NCBI GenBank assembly: GCA_964016885.1 | Contig: OZ024741.1 | Location: 254,014,001-254,078,000, forward strand | Origin: Eledone cirrhosa | Lineage: Eukaryota | DNA: 64,000 nucleotides | Direction: 5' to 3' | In this document: positions 28,580 to 41,811 of the stretch, piece after piece | Position numbering within the stretch: position 1 is the first letter of the stretch | How the letters are laid out: each line of letters opens with the position of its first letter | Made by a program: the position numbers and the translations under genes | Notes under the pieces: generated by a model | Databases searched by the model: none | What the model was told of the DNA's origin: nothing | Seen by the model: the letters and a program-made list of their open reading frames with translations, nothing else

Positions 28580-28732
28580 CGACACCACTGCTGCTAGAGA
28601 TGCCATCAACAGTGTGACGTAAGAGTGGAACCCTGGACAGAGCTACCTACTGTGTATGCATCCCGGATGGATAGTGCAGTATCATGGGTGGCCTACCCTA
28701 AGACGCCACACAGTCGACTTACCTCCGTAAGT
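28580..28732 (+). promoter_or_regulatory. Candidate non-coding first exon of ZNF gene 2
   Basis: Non-repetitive island after a ~1-kb CT-rich tract, ending in |GTAAGT at 28727. A candidate acceptor ttcttgtatcattagCAG ends at 35811. Confidence 0.4.
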
Positions 28733-29659
28733 AGCATAAATTGACACCATTGCCTTACTATCTTCTTTTTATACATATTTTGCATGGTTCATTTCCTTCT
28801 CATTTCTTTTCTCGAAGAAATTCCCCCCTCTCCCATTAACACACGTTTCTTTTTTTAACTCTATCTCTCTCACTCCTATACTTCCTTACTCTCTCCTGTC
28901 AACACACACACACACATCTATCTGTCTGACCCTCTTTCTTTCTTACTGTCTTTTTTCCGGAAGAAAATCCTCCCACTCACTCGCTCACCCCCTCTCTCTC
29001 TCATTCTTTTCTCTATTACGCCTTCTGTTCTACTTCTTCACTCTCTCTAATTAATACACTCATTAAATTTGTCTTTCTTTTTCTCTTTACGATATCATAT
29101 CAATATGTAGACATTTCCAGAAATATACATTTATGGTGTGTACTAACACACGTTTTGTTCACAAACCACTGTGTAAACACACACACACATCTATGCAGTA
29201 ATACACATTACGGCGGATAGATGAGCCAACTTGCTAAAAAAATAGTGGCCAAATCACCCTCATATCACAGTGGATTTGAATGCCATGCCACACATGCTCC
29301 TAAAAAGACGTGACGGTCACAGCTGGAATGTCTTAAATCACTAATCCGCTCAATCATATGACCTAGTGCTGAATAATACATACTACAACCCCCCCCCCCC
29401 CCTCATCATCACACAAACATATATACACCCTGGAGAAATCGACTACTGAAGTGTTGTACTTTGTATTTTAGATGCATACAACTTTCTCGACATATTAGAA
29501 ATAGCAGCCAAATCACTATTTATATCACATCTTTACCGTCTTAAAATATGATTGTATTGTCACTACTGGAACTCCTTTGATCATAGATTTGCTCGAATAT
29601 GCATAACTTGGAGCTAAACAACTATCTTCATCGTATATATATATATATATATTCTATAC

Positions 29660-29702
<43 letters not shown>

Positions 29703-29747
29703 TGAGATTCTACAGGACTAGAACTGTTTCATTCTTTAGAAATCATC

Positions 29748-29798
29748 AGATTCCTGATGATTTCTAAAGAATGAAACAGTTCTAGTCCTGTAGAATCT
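29748..29798 (+). ncRNA. Type I hammerhead ribozyme motif
   Basis: Stem I agattc/gaatct. Core CTGATGA at 29754-60. Stem II ttc-taaa-gaa with U.U closing pair. GAAA at 29773-76. Stem III Acag/ctgT. Cleavage triplet GUA, after 29792. Confidence 0.65.
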
Positions 29799-29880
29799 CA
29801 TCTATATTAAAACTTTTATACTCTGCTATGTATTGAGTACCTTACTTACTGTGGTTACCTCCGATTCAACCCGGAATAAC

Positions 29881-29932
<52 letters not shown>

Positions 29933-30029
29933 ATTGTTTCTACTTTTGGCACAAGGCCAGCAATCAACCCAGTGCATTACTGGTACAGACACACACACAC
30001 ACGCCTCAACACGTAAAACTAACTCGGAA

Positions 30030-30067
<38 letters not shown>

Positions 30068-31491
30068 CCAGATCAACGAGGGAGTCTACCGATGTGCTAA
30101 AAATGGCTGTTAAATTTACGATGGGATAGTCATGGCTGGAATGTTTTTGATTAAGGATCTCCTCGATCAAAGATTGACCTGAGATATCGAATATAACTGT
30201 AACTGTTTACATTTGCTTTTATAGTTAGTTATTTAGCCCAAAGTGAACCCTGATTGAGTAGTCTTATGATTAAAGTTGTTCCAGCCATGACCATCTCGTC
30301 TTTATGTATAAGGACTACGTTGTTCATTATGCCTTTCCCTTTTTGAAGACAGTAGGGTCTGATTTGAGGGAGTTTTAGCTGCTATTTCTAGCAGTCATGC
30401 AGTTCGAATGACGACACACTGAGGCTCCCAGGGTTTGTTGTCTCGTTGCAATCGTCCCTTCCATCTGAACATAACATCACTGGATAACATGGTAGCGATA
30501 GCTACATACATGCTTCAATGTCCCTTATCTATCTTCACCCCCACCCCTATGAATGCACTGTGACGCACAGACCAAGTCAGCATTTGTCAATTGTCACTTC
30601 ACCATCGTTATTGCTAATTTTGTAAGGTCGACGAAGGGTGGTTTATTTATTTACTTCACTTTATAAGTTAATTGGTGAAGAATAGCGTCATTCGTTACAG
30701 GTTTACAACGAGCCAATGGGTGGGTTCACTGTATTTCTGAAGAAGAGTGTGATACAAACTTTGTGTAGAACAAATATCGTATGGGACTTCTTTTGGAAAA
30801 CACCGCTTTTTCGGGTTTGCTTACCGATCTTGATTGCTGAAAGATGGACACTCACGCACACATACATATACAAAGTGCTAGTGCGAGAAAATTGCATTCA
30901 GTACACTCTGTAGAGGGGTTAGTATTAGGAAAAGTATTCAGCTGTAGAAACCGTGGTAATGTAAGCAAGACTTGGTCTTCTAATCAGTCTGAGAGAACAG
31001 TGGCTCATATTAAGTACTCACTTAGTCTCTAACGACGCATCTAACTCATGCCTACATGGAAAAACAGACGTAAAATGATGAGTGGTGGGCTAGGCCCCGA
31101 TTTGCACCAGTTTATCCAAACCAATTGTTAACATTTTAAAAAACAAGACGTTTTATTTTACTTTTTGCTATACTTATACGATGTCAATCCCATCATATTC
31201 AAATGACTGTCACCCTCACTGTAGAAATTTAATTGGTTCTTTAACCCTTTTGATACCAAACCGCATGAAACAACCCTAGATTCACGATACAAAACTGTTC
31301 AATCTAAAATGTTAAATCTTATATTAAAACCTTTATCCTAATTTTAATTTATACAGTTTTCCCGCTGATGTCAGTTTTGGTCTTCATCCTTATGGTACCG
31401 ATACAAGAAAGTACCAGTAACGCACTGGGGTCAATTTAATCAACTTTCCACTTTTTTTTCAAATTGCTGGCCTTGTACCAATACTTTTAGG

Positions 31492-31880
31492 TAGACGTAT
31501 AGAATAATTGTTTCTACTTTAGGCACAAGGCCAGCAATTACCCAGTGCATTACTGGTACTTTATTTTATCGACCCCGTAAGGATGAAAGGCAAAGTCAAC
31601 CTCGGCGGGATTTGAACTCAGATCGTAAAGGGACGTAACTATGCTGGAAAGCATGGCGTCCGACCCTCGACCGATACTGCCGATATAGACGTATAGAATA
31701 ATTGTTTCTACTTTAGGCACACGGCCAGCAATTACCCAGTTCATTACTGGTACTTTATTTTATCGACCCCGTAAGGATGAAAGGCAAAGTCAACCTTGGC
31801 GGGATTTGAACTCAGATCGTAAAGGGACGTAACTATGCTGGAAAGCATGGCGTCCGACCCTCTACCGATACTGCCAATAG
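31492..31880 (-). mobile_element. Two tandem near-identical young SINEs
   Basis: Direct repeat tagacgtatagaataat at ~31492 and ~31686 (TSD-like). Confidence 0.9.
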
Positions 31881-32549
31881 AATAATGAACCGATGTAAGG
31901 GACGTAATTTGATAAAATAATTTTTTTTTTCGAAATGAGTGAGTGTAATGAAAGAACATTTATATTTCGCACTTTTTGAAAAAAAAAAAAATGATATATC
32001 ATCATCATCGTTTAACGTCTATCATCCACGCTAGCATCATGGATTTAGACGGGAATTATCCCACTTGAGACAAGATTGGTCGTCTCGCTCGTATAGGATT
32101 GTCTGGCATGTTTTCTTCGGCTGGGTGCCCTTCCCTAACACCAACTACGTTTACAGTGTGGACTGGGACAACAGTTAGTTCACCACCACTTCTACCTAAC
32201 TCGTCCCATGGACTGAGTGCTCTTCCACTACGGATATTACCTTCCAGTGTTCTACCTCTCTCTCTCTCTATATATATATATATATTCTTTCATTACGCTC
32301 ACTCATTTCGAAAAAAAACTTTTTTTTTTCAATTTACGTCCCTTACATCGGTTCGTTATTCTACCCATTTTTATTATTAATGTTCCCTCTGCGCTAGCAT
32401 GCCACATACACTCATGATGTGTGTCACACTTTCCACCATCTCACATAACCTACACTTATTTGTTTCATCTGTATTATACATATTCATTATTTCGTTTGTG
32501 TTTAGTGTTTGATCTTTTCTGTCCCTCTCTTAAGATCACCTTTTGCCAA

Positions 32550-34750
32550 CCAGTTCCACGAAGGTCCTATTTTACTTCCTCCGTTTCTCTTTCACATTGA
32601 CTATGTAACTCCATACTCTCCCTTCAGCTCAGTTTCTCAGCCAACAGCTTCAGCTTGTAGTTTTCTTTACTTTCAACAATTTGAATGCATATGAGTAGAC
32701 CTCTACTTTTGATAGCATACCTTAAAAGTTCTTTACTACTGGCCAGATACGAATCTAAGGACATACATTCATTAGCCATGCAATCTTTCACACCTAAAAG
32801 TGTTTGCCTTCCTACATTCTGTGGTGTACAGAGCCTAATTTGCCTTTGGGTGCAATGCACCATTGTCAACCATTTTCTTACACATCAGCCTATCCAATTT
32901 CTTTATTTCATCTTTGGTCCAATTCAAAATAGCTGCACTATATCTAATAACTGCCACAGTCCAGACCTTGATAGTGGTAATTAAGTTCTTCCCGTTCAAT
33001 TTCTTTTCAGTAGCAGTCCTAACCTATTTAGATAGATTTCCTTCACATTTCCTTTCATCTTCACATTTAGAACTTTGTCAAAGCTCCAAAATTCCCAGGC
33101 ATTTGTACCCACCATCCTCAGGGTCACCAATCGACTATCCATCTGGTAATTCAATCCCATTACTCTGTACATGCCTACCTCTCTTCATAGTCAGGGTGGC
33201 ACACTTTACAATACCAAACTCCATCCCAGTGTCCCTGCAACACCAGTGGACAGGCTTGACCAAGTCAACCTGAGATTCATTCCTGCCAAAGAGCTTCAGA
33301 TCATGTATGAAATATAGATGATTGATCTTAGGTCATCTGTTTTCCATCAGGTATGCTATAAGGCCATTGATAATGGAATCATGGCAATCACAAAGAACAA
33401 TGATGAGAAGGAATTTCCTTGAAATATTCCTCTTCTTATATTGACCAAACCTTCGTGTTTATTTCCTGCATACAGGTTTGTCTTCTACAAAGGCATGCTA
33501 GACATTAATATTACTGTCTGCTATCTCAAAATTTCAGTACCCATGTCAAAGGCTTACTTAAAGTCTATCCAAGCCATGCATAAATTCTTTAGATGTCTTT
33601 TACTCACCTTGTCAACAGCAAGATGGTCTTTGGTTCCCTAGGAATGTTTCCTACACCCCTTTTGCTCAACGGGCAACATCTCATTCTGAAGCAAGTGATT
33701 ATACATTTTTTCAGCAAAGATGCCAGTTAGTAGCTTACAAAGCAAATTCAAGCAAGTAATTGGCTTATAATTTCCAACTAATGTACCTTTCCTTTTATCC
33801 TTCATTATCAAAGTTGTCTTTCCTTCAACCATCCAACTGGAGCTTCTTGAATAAACACTTTTAACTCTTTTCAACCAGAATCCTTGGATTCCATCCAGTC
33901 TAGGAGATTTCCAGTTTGGCATTTTCCTAACTTGCTCTTAAATGTCTTCCTTTGAAATTCTTTCTCATCTCTGATGTTCATTAGATAACTTATGCTCAAT
34001 TTCATTTATTCATCTTGCATCTTTGTTATGCTCTTTTGCAATTCCCCATAGATTTGACCAAAATTGTGTGGATTCTCCAAGATTAGGTGTAACTTCTGCA
34101 CCCTTTTTTCCCCGACAGTGTTCTAAAGAACATTTCTGATTTGCAAAGAACAATCTGTTCTGTTCATATTGTTTTTGTCTATTTGTATAGTGCCTAACCT
34201 GATTAGATTTTGCCTTAATTCGCTGCTGCTCTTCTTTTATCACTACATTAAAACCTTTCTACTTAATTTTATACCTCATGTCCATGTGTCGTTTCTCCTC
34301 TACTTTGACTTTCTTCCATTTTCCTTTGTCATGCATCCATTTTACCTAGATCTTTTCTGTGTTGAGTTACATCACTTTCCACTCTTATTTTCCACCAGCG
34401 TTTTGAACATTTCTTCCTTTCGGTTTGCTTAATATCTAATCGTTCACCCACCAGAAACCTTATAGCTCTAATTAACTTTCTCAAGTCAGTGATATATTGG
34501 TTTCATTACGTAGTTTACTTTTGCTGTTTCAGTTGCTAAATCACTTCTCTCTATATTCTGAAGATTCAGTGGCATCTTATTGAATCCTGGATCATTAAAC
34601 AGATCTCTCAATCTTTTGATGATCAATCTTGTTTCTTCCTTTTCTTCATTTTGATTTTCATTCACACTTCCAATGTCCACATCACCAGTCTCTTGATTTT
34701 CCACTCTCCCCACATTTAGGAGTTCATTTTTTTTCCTTATCGGCATTTTA
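32550..34750 (-). mobile_element. Degenerate R4/Dong-like non-LTR retrotransposon
   Basis: PNWKSPRLDGIQGFWLK, NYKPITCLN, EQKGCRK and a decayed ...DLKLFG RT motif. Frameshifted. Confidence 0.75.
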
Positions 34751-34814
34751 ATCTCACTGTTTCTTACTTTCTACATTCACAACATCTAAGTTATCTAAGT
34801 TATTATTATTAAAA

Positions 34815-35787
34815 TAACGTACCAGTCATGCACTAGGATCGATTTAATCAACTTTAACTTCCCCCAAAGTTGTTGGCCTCGTGTTGCTGAGGTTAACTTT
34901 GCCTTTCATCTTTAGGGAGTTGATGAAATAAAGCACCAGTAATAAACTGGGATAATTGCTGGCCTTGTGCCAAAAGTAGAAACAATTATTATTATTGTAG
35001 AGCATCCAACAGCATGCTTTGCAGCATAGAGTTGCGACCCATTACGTTCTGAGTTCAAATCCTGCCGAGGTTAGTTTTGCCATTCATCGTTATGGGGTCG
35101 ATAAAATAGAGTGCCACTGGAGTCGAATTAATCGACTCCCCCACCCCACCCCCAAAAAAATTGCTGCCCAAGTACCTAAATCAGAAATCACAGTAGATTG
35201 GCAGTATCGGTAGACGGTCAGACACCATGCTTTGCAGCATAGAGTTACGCCCCTTTACAGTCTGAGTTCAAATCCCGCCGAGGTTAACTTTGCCTTTCAT
35301 CCTTATGAGGTCGATAAAATAAAGTACCAGTAATACACTGGGATGGCTGGCCTTGTGCCAAAAGTAGAAACAATATTATTATTATTGTAGAGCATTGAAC
35401 AACATTTTCCAGAATGGACTTATGTCCCTTTATATTCTGAGTTCAAATCTCGCCATTGTTAACTTTGCTTTTCTTCCTTACGGGATCGATTAAATAAAGT
35501 ACGAATAATGCACTGGGATCGATTAAATCAACTTTGCCCTCCCCCGAAAATTGTTGGCCTTGTGTCTAAATCAGAAACCATTATTATTGTAGAACATCGA
35601 ACAATATGCTTTGCAGCATAGAGTTATGTCCCTTAATTCTGAGTTCAAATCCCGCTGAGGTTAGCTTTGCCTTTACTCCTTATAGGGTCGATAAAAAAAA
35701 GTACCATTAACACTGGGGTTGATTTAATCGACTTTCCCTTTCCCTTTAAATTGCTGGCCTTGTGCCAAATGTAGAAACAATTATTAA
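34815..35787 (+). mobile_element. Head-to-tail stack of ~5 SINE copies
   Basis: All in + orientation, ending about 25 bp before the candidate acceptor at 35811. Confidence 0.85.
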
Positions 35788-36106
35788 TACATCTTCTTGT
35801 ATCATTAGCAGGTTTCCACATCACAGTAGTCAGAGCTGATAGATGGCCAAGTTTGTTCACAGTTCATGATCCACCAGCATATCCAGTTCTTCACTTCTGA
35901 CATTCAAATCAAATTGTTTCTACTCCATACAGACATTTTGCATTCTGCCAGGAATATTTCTTTTATGGGCAGAAATTAACAAAAAAAATAAAACTGGGAT
36001 ATTTGACTTGTGATATTTTCAGTATAACAAAACTGTACTCTCTCCCTCTCTCTCGCTCTCTCTCTCTGATTGATGTTGTGACTTTGAAAAAACTTTTACC
36101 TCTACA

Positions 36107-37639
36107 ATGGAGAAAACATTCCGGCAAAAGCTTCTTGCCAAATACAGCAATTTGAATAGCAGAAGTGGTAAGAAGTTCTCTTTTCTCAAGAACCTCTCTT
36201 CCAACTATCCTGAAAGTTCTACCAAAAAGTTTTCTTTTCTCAAAAATTCTTCTACAAATTCTTCTGAAAGTTCTACAAAAACTGCCAGAGAAAGCAAAAC
36301 AACTTTGCAACGGGCTTTTTTTTGTGACATCTGTGACAAATCATTCTCTCGAAGTAGTTATTACAGCTGGCATAAAATGAACCATTCTCTTGGCGAGCCA
36401 GTGCCAAAGATATCACTGAGTAAACGAAAGCAAAAACTGTGTACAACCCATAAGTGTGACATATGTGAGAAAGTCTTCTCTAGATTTGAGTACCTGCGAT
36501 TACATCGGCTGAGTCATGTGGAAGAGAAGCCATTCTCCTGTGAAACATGTGGTCAATCATTCATACAAGCTAGCCTTTTAAGAAACCATGAGAAAACTCA
36601 TGCTGATGGCAAAATCTTTAAATGTGAAGTTTGCGATAAAGAATTTTCTAAGAGTTGTGATCTGAAACGCCATCTCAGTGTTCACATGAGTGTGAAACCA
36701 TTCAAGTGTGATATATGCTCACGCAATTTCTCAAGGAACGACTATTTGAAATCTCATATGCTTAGTCACACAGGAAGTACACCATTCAAGTGTAAAACCT
36801 GTGGGAAAGGTTTTGTTCGAAGGTTTGCTTTAGAAAACCATGCAAGGACTCACACAGGTGAGAAACCCTATGTCTGTGGCATTTGTGGTAAAACTTTCTC
36901 TCAAAAATCAGGCTGGATGTCACACTCCAAGAACCACGTCGACAAGAAAGCTTTTGTGTGTCGAGTTTGTGGAAAAGGGTTCACACAAATGTATTCTTTG
37001 AAGAGGCACGAGCGTACACATGCCGACAAAAAACCTTACAGTTGTGAATACTGTCAAAAAGAGTTCTCACAGAGTGGGCAACTAAAGTCACATCTGGCCA
37101 TTCACACAGGAATCAAACCCTTTAAATGTGAAGTGTGCGGTAAAAACTTTGCTCAGAAATCAATTTTGACGAAACATGAGCGGATTCATGCTGAAGTGAA
37201 ACCATACAGCTGTGAGGTGTGTGGTAAAGGATTTACTCAGAACTTCACCCTACAAATACATCTGAGAAATCATACTGGAGAGAAACCTTTTTCCTGTACT
37301 TATTGTGATAAAGTGTTCTCACGTAAAGATAGCTTGAATAACCATATCAAGAACCACACGGGTGAGAAAGATTTCTGCTGTAGATATTGTGATTCAGCTT
37401 TCACAAAAAGTTCTACTTTGAAACGGCATGAGATGACACACACTGGAGAACGTCCTTATGTTTGCCAAATTTGTTCCAAGGCTTTTGCCAAGCCAAGTGA
37501 TCTTAACCGTCACATGATCACACATACTGGTGCCAAACCATATACCTGTAATATATGTGGCAAGGCATTTTCTCGTAATGAACACCTCAAAAAACACGAA
37601 ACTACTCACTCTCTCACTTACCAACCATGGCTACTCTAA
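36107..37639 (+). CDS. C2H2 zinc-finger gene 2, 510 aa, 15 fingers, intronless CDS
   Basis: Uninterrupted ORF with 15 C-x2-C-x12-H-x3-H motifs, many joined by TGEKP-like linkers. Confidence 0.95.
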   Translation: MEKTFRQKLLAKYSNLNSRSGKKFSFLKNLSSNYPESSTKKFSFLKNSSTNSSESSTKTARESKTTLQRAFFCDICDKSFSRSSYYSWHKMNHSLGEPVPKISLSKRKQKLCTTHKCDICEKVFSRFEYLRLHRLSHVEEKPFSCETCGQSFIQASLLRNHEKTHADGKIFKCEVCDKEFSKSCDLKRHLSVHMSVKPFKCDICSRNFSRNDYLKSHMLSHTGSTPFKCKTCGKGFVRRFALENHARTHTGEKPYVCGICGKTFSQKSGWMSHSKNHVDKKAFVCRVCGKGFTQMYSLKRHERTHADKKPYSCEYCQKEFSQSGQLKSHLAIHTGIKPFKCEVCGKNFAQKSILTKHERIHAEVKPYSCEVCGKGFTQNFTLQIHLRNHTGEKPFSCTYCDKVFSRKDSLNNHIKNHTGEKDFCCRYCDSAFTKSSTLKRHEMTHTGERPYVCQICSKAFAKPSDLNRHMITHTGAKPYTCNICGKAFSRNEHLKKHETTHSLTYQPWLL

Positions 37640-38429
37640 CTTTACACAAGCCACTCTTCCCATATTACACACCTCGTCGATATATTTAAGTTAAATTCTC
37701 ACCTTTGACCTCTCTGTAAAGTACACATACTGTTAGACAACTCTTAAAATGTTCATTCTCTGCTCAGCTAGCTACATTTGCTGGCTGGGGTATCTCACAC
37801 TTAGTATTTATATAATCATTGATTAGTACTCCTCCTAGCTTTACTGTGACACACAGAAAGAGAGAAAGGGAGAGGAACCATTCACATATTATTTAGGAAT
37901 CCGTCCTTTCTGCATACCTACAGCTCACACACACACACGCATGCACATACACACACACACATGTGCACTCATTCACACAAACACATACACTCATACACCC
38001 ACTCACATACCCACCCACAAGGATTTATCTCTGTTGGGGTTCAACCCCTCTGAAAAGAGGCCAGCGCACACACATACACATGCACATATATACACAATGG
38101 AAGTCAAGACACAGTCATAAAAACAAATCAACCTGCTAAAAATCACAGCTAAACATGTCTCCAATTAAACCCCAATATTTGAATGTAAGGCAGGATAGTG
38201 ATAGCTGAAATATTTGATTGTTTTAACAAGGAGTTTGACTGCAGATGTGTGGGGTGGGGGGGTTCTAAACAACAACTCATTAAAGTGCCGGCCAGTTTAT
38301 TACAAAAAAGTCCTTTTTTCTCCTCCAGGTGATGGTGTTGTAGCTTACCCGCTTCTCTACAGCATATCATACATTCCTATGATTTCATTCAAACATTAGG
38401 AGCCCCTTCTCTCACCACACAGTCACAGC

Positions 38430-38835
38430 CATGTTAACAATCCACTATAGTCGCCTCCATGTTAACAATCCACTACAGTGTCATCTCTGTTAACAATCCA
38501 CTACAGTGTCATCCTGTTAACAATCCACTACAGTGTCATCTCTGTTAACAATCAACTACAGTGTCAGCTTGTTAACAATCCACTACAGCGTCATCTCTGT
38601 TAACAATCCACTAGTGTCATCCTGTTAACAATCTAGTACAGTGTCATCCTGTTAACAATCCACTACAGTGTCATCTCTGTTAACAATCCACTACAGTGTC
38701 AGCTTGTTAACAATCCACTACAGTGTCATCTCTGTTAACAATCTAGTACAGTGTCATCTCTGTTAACAATCCACTACAGCGTTATCTCTGTTAACAATCC
38801 ACTACAGCGTCATCTCTGTTAACAACCCACTACAA
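38430..38835. repeat. ~26-29-bp minisatellite, ~15 copies
   Basis: gttaacaatccactacagtgtcatctct. Confidence 0.95.
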
Positions 38836-38864
38836 CAATATCAACTATATATGCATAAAACATT

Positions 38865-39060
38865 CACCACTACCACCACCAGTACTACCACCACAACCAC
38901 CACTACCACCACAACCATCACAGCCACCACTACCACAACCACCACCACTACTACCACCACAACCATCACACCCACCACAACCACCACTACGACCACAACG
39001 ACCACTACTACCACTACCACCACAACCACCACTACCACCACAACCACCACTACCATCACA
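38865..39060. repeat. Degenerate (ACC/ACN)n triplet repeat
   Basis: accactaccaccacaacc runs. Confidence 0.9.
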
Positions 39061-39061
39061 G

Positions 39062-41582
39062 TCTCAACACACAAACACACACACATCTCAACACCCAAAC
39101 ACAACTATACACAAACACACACATCTCAACACCCAAACACAACTATACACACACACATCTCAACACCCAAACAACTATACACACACACATCTCAACACCC
39201 AAACACAACTATACACACACACATCTCAACACCCAAACACAACTATACACAAACACACACACACATCTCAACACCCAAACAACTATACACAAACACACAC
39301 ACATCTCAACACCCAAACAACTATACACAAACACACACACACATCTCAACACCCAAACACAACTATACACACACACATCTCAACACCCAAACAACTATAC
39401 ACACACACACACACACACATCTCAACACCCAAACGCAACTATACACACACACATCTCAACACCCAAACAACTATACACACACACACACACACATCTCAAC
39501 ACCCAAACACAACTATACACACACACACATCTCAACACCCAAACACAACTATACACACACACATCTCAACACCCAAACACAACTATACACACACACATCT
39601 CAACACCCAAACAACTATACACACACACACACACACACACATCTCAACACCCAAACACAACTATACACACACACATCTCAACACCCAAACACAACTATAC
39701 ACACACACATCTCAACACCCAAACACAACTATACACACACACACACACACACATCTCAACACCCAAACAACTATACACAAACACACACACATCTCAACAC
39801 CCAAACACAACTATACACACACACTCACACATCTCAACACCCAAATACAACTATACACACACACACATCTCAACACCCAAACACAACTATACACACACAC
39901 ATCTCAACACCCAAACACAACTATACACACACACACACATCTCAACACCCAAACAACTATACACAAACACACACACATCTCAACACCCAAACACAACTAT
40001 ACACACACACTCACACATCTCAACACCCAAACACAACTATACACACACATCTCAACACCCAAACAACTATACACAAACACACACACACATCTCAACACCC
40101 AAACACAACTATACACACACACATCTCAACACCCAAACAACTATACACAAACACACACACACATCTCAACACCCAAACACAACTATACACACACACATCT
40201 CAACACCCAAACAACTATACACACACACACACACACACATCTCAACACCCAAACACAACTATACACACACACATCTCAACACCCAAACAACTATACACAA
40301 ACACACACACACATCTCAACACCCAAACACAACTATACACAAACACACACACACATCTCAACACCCAAACACAACTATACACACACACATCTCAACACCC
40401 AAACAACTATACACACACACACACACACATCTCAACACCCAAACACAACTATACACACACACATCTCAACACCCAAACAACTATACACACACACACACAC
40501 ACATCTCAACACCCAAACACAACTATACACACAAACATCTCAACACCCAAACACAACTATACACACACACATCTCAACACCCAAACACAACTATACACAC
40601 ACACATCTCAACACCCAAACAACTATACACACACACATCTCAACACCCAAACACAACTATACACACACAGACACACACACATCTCAACACCCAAACACAA
40701 CTATACACAAACACACACACACATCTCAACACCCAAACACAACTATACACAAACACACACACACATCTCAACACCCAAACAACTATACACAAACACACAC
40801 ACACATCTCAACACCCAAACAACTATACACAAACACACACACACATCTCAACACCCAAACACAACTATACACAAACACACACACACATCTCAACACCCAA
40901 ACACAACTATACACACACACTCACACACACATCTTAACACCCAAACAACTATACACAAACACACACACATCTCAACACCCAAACAACTATACACAAACAC
41001 ACACACACATCTCAACACCCAAACACAACTATACACACACACTCACACACACATCTTAACACCCAAACAACTATACACACACACTCACACATCTCAACAC
41101 CCAAACACAACTATACACACACATCTCAACAGCCAAACAACTATACACACACACTCACACACACATCTCAACACCCAAGCACAACTATACACACACACAT
41201 CTCAACACCCAAATACAACTATATACACACACATCTCAACACCCAAACACAACTATACACAAACACACGCACATCTCAACAGCCAAACAACTATACACAA
41301 ACACACACACATCTCAACACCCAGGCAACTATACACAAACACACACACATCTCAACACCCAGGCAACTATACACGCACACATCTCAACACCCAGACAACT
41401 ATACACAAACACACACACATCTCAACACCCAAACATAACTATACACACACACACACACATCTCAACACCCAAACAACTATACACACACACACATCTCAAC
41501 ACCCAGACAACTATATACAAACACACATCTCAACACCCAAACAACTACACACACACACATCTCAACACCCAGACAACTATAC
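39062..41582. repeat. 2.5-kb CA-rich satellite, ~30-38-bp units
   Basis: catctcaacacccaaac(ac)aactatacac(a)n, almost G-free on the + strand. Confidence 0.97.
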
Positions 41583-41623
41583 ACCTACATATATAAATTA
41601 CTGTTATAACACAGAAATGAATC

Positions 41624-41629
41624 AATAAA
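41624..41629 (+). terminator. Candidate poly(A) signal of ZNF gene 2
   Basis: AATAAA about 40 bp after the 2.5-kb satellite, followed by a GU/U-rich downstream element (tgttgtttttttttgtttgtg). Confidence 0.5.
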
Positions 41630-41811
41630 ACTGTTTGAACAGCTAAATGTTGTTTTTTTTTGTTTGTGTAGCTGTTGTTATGGTAACTGTTGCTACCACA
41701 TGTGATGTTGATATAGTAACTTGCTACCACATGTGTTATTGTTGTCATTATGTTAACTCACTACCACATGTGATATTGTTATAGTAACTGTTGCTAACAT
41801 GTTTTGTTGAT

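Noticed and set aside
35200-35285. tRNA genes suggested by A/B boxes (gttcaaatcc)
   Set aside because: These are SINE heads that continue into the SINE body, with no cloverleaf.
38430-38835. CRISPR-like regularly spaced ~28-bp repeats
   Set aside because: The units are contiguous with no unique spacers, there are no cas genes, and the context is eukaryotic.
38851-41628. 925-aa Thr/His-rich ORF
   Set aside because: It is the translation of a satellite that is nearly G-free and T-poor, so stop codons are almost impossible by composition. It shifts between repeat phases and has no domain.
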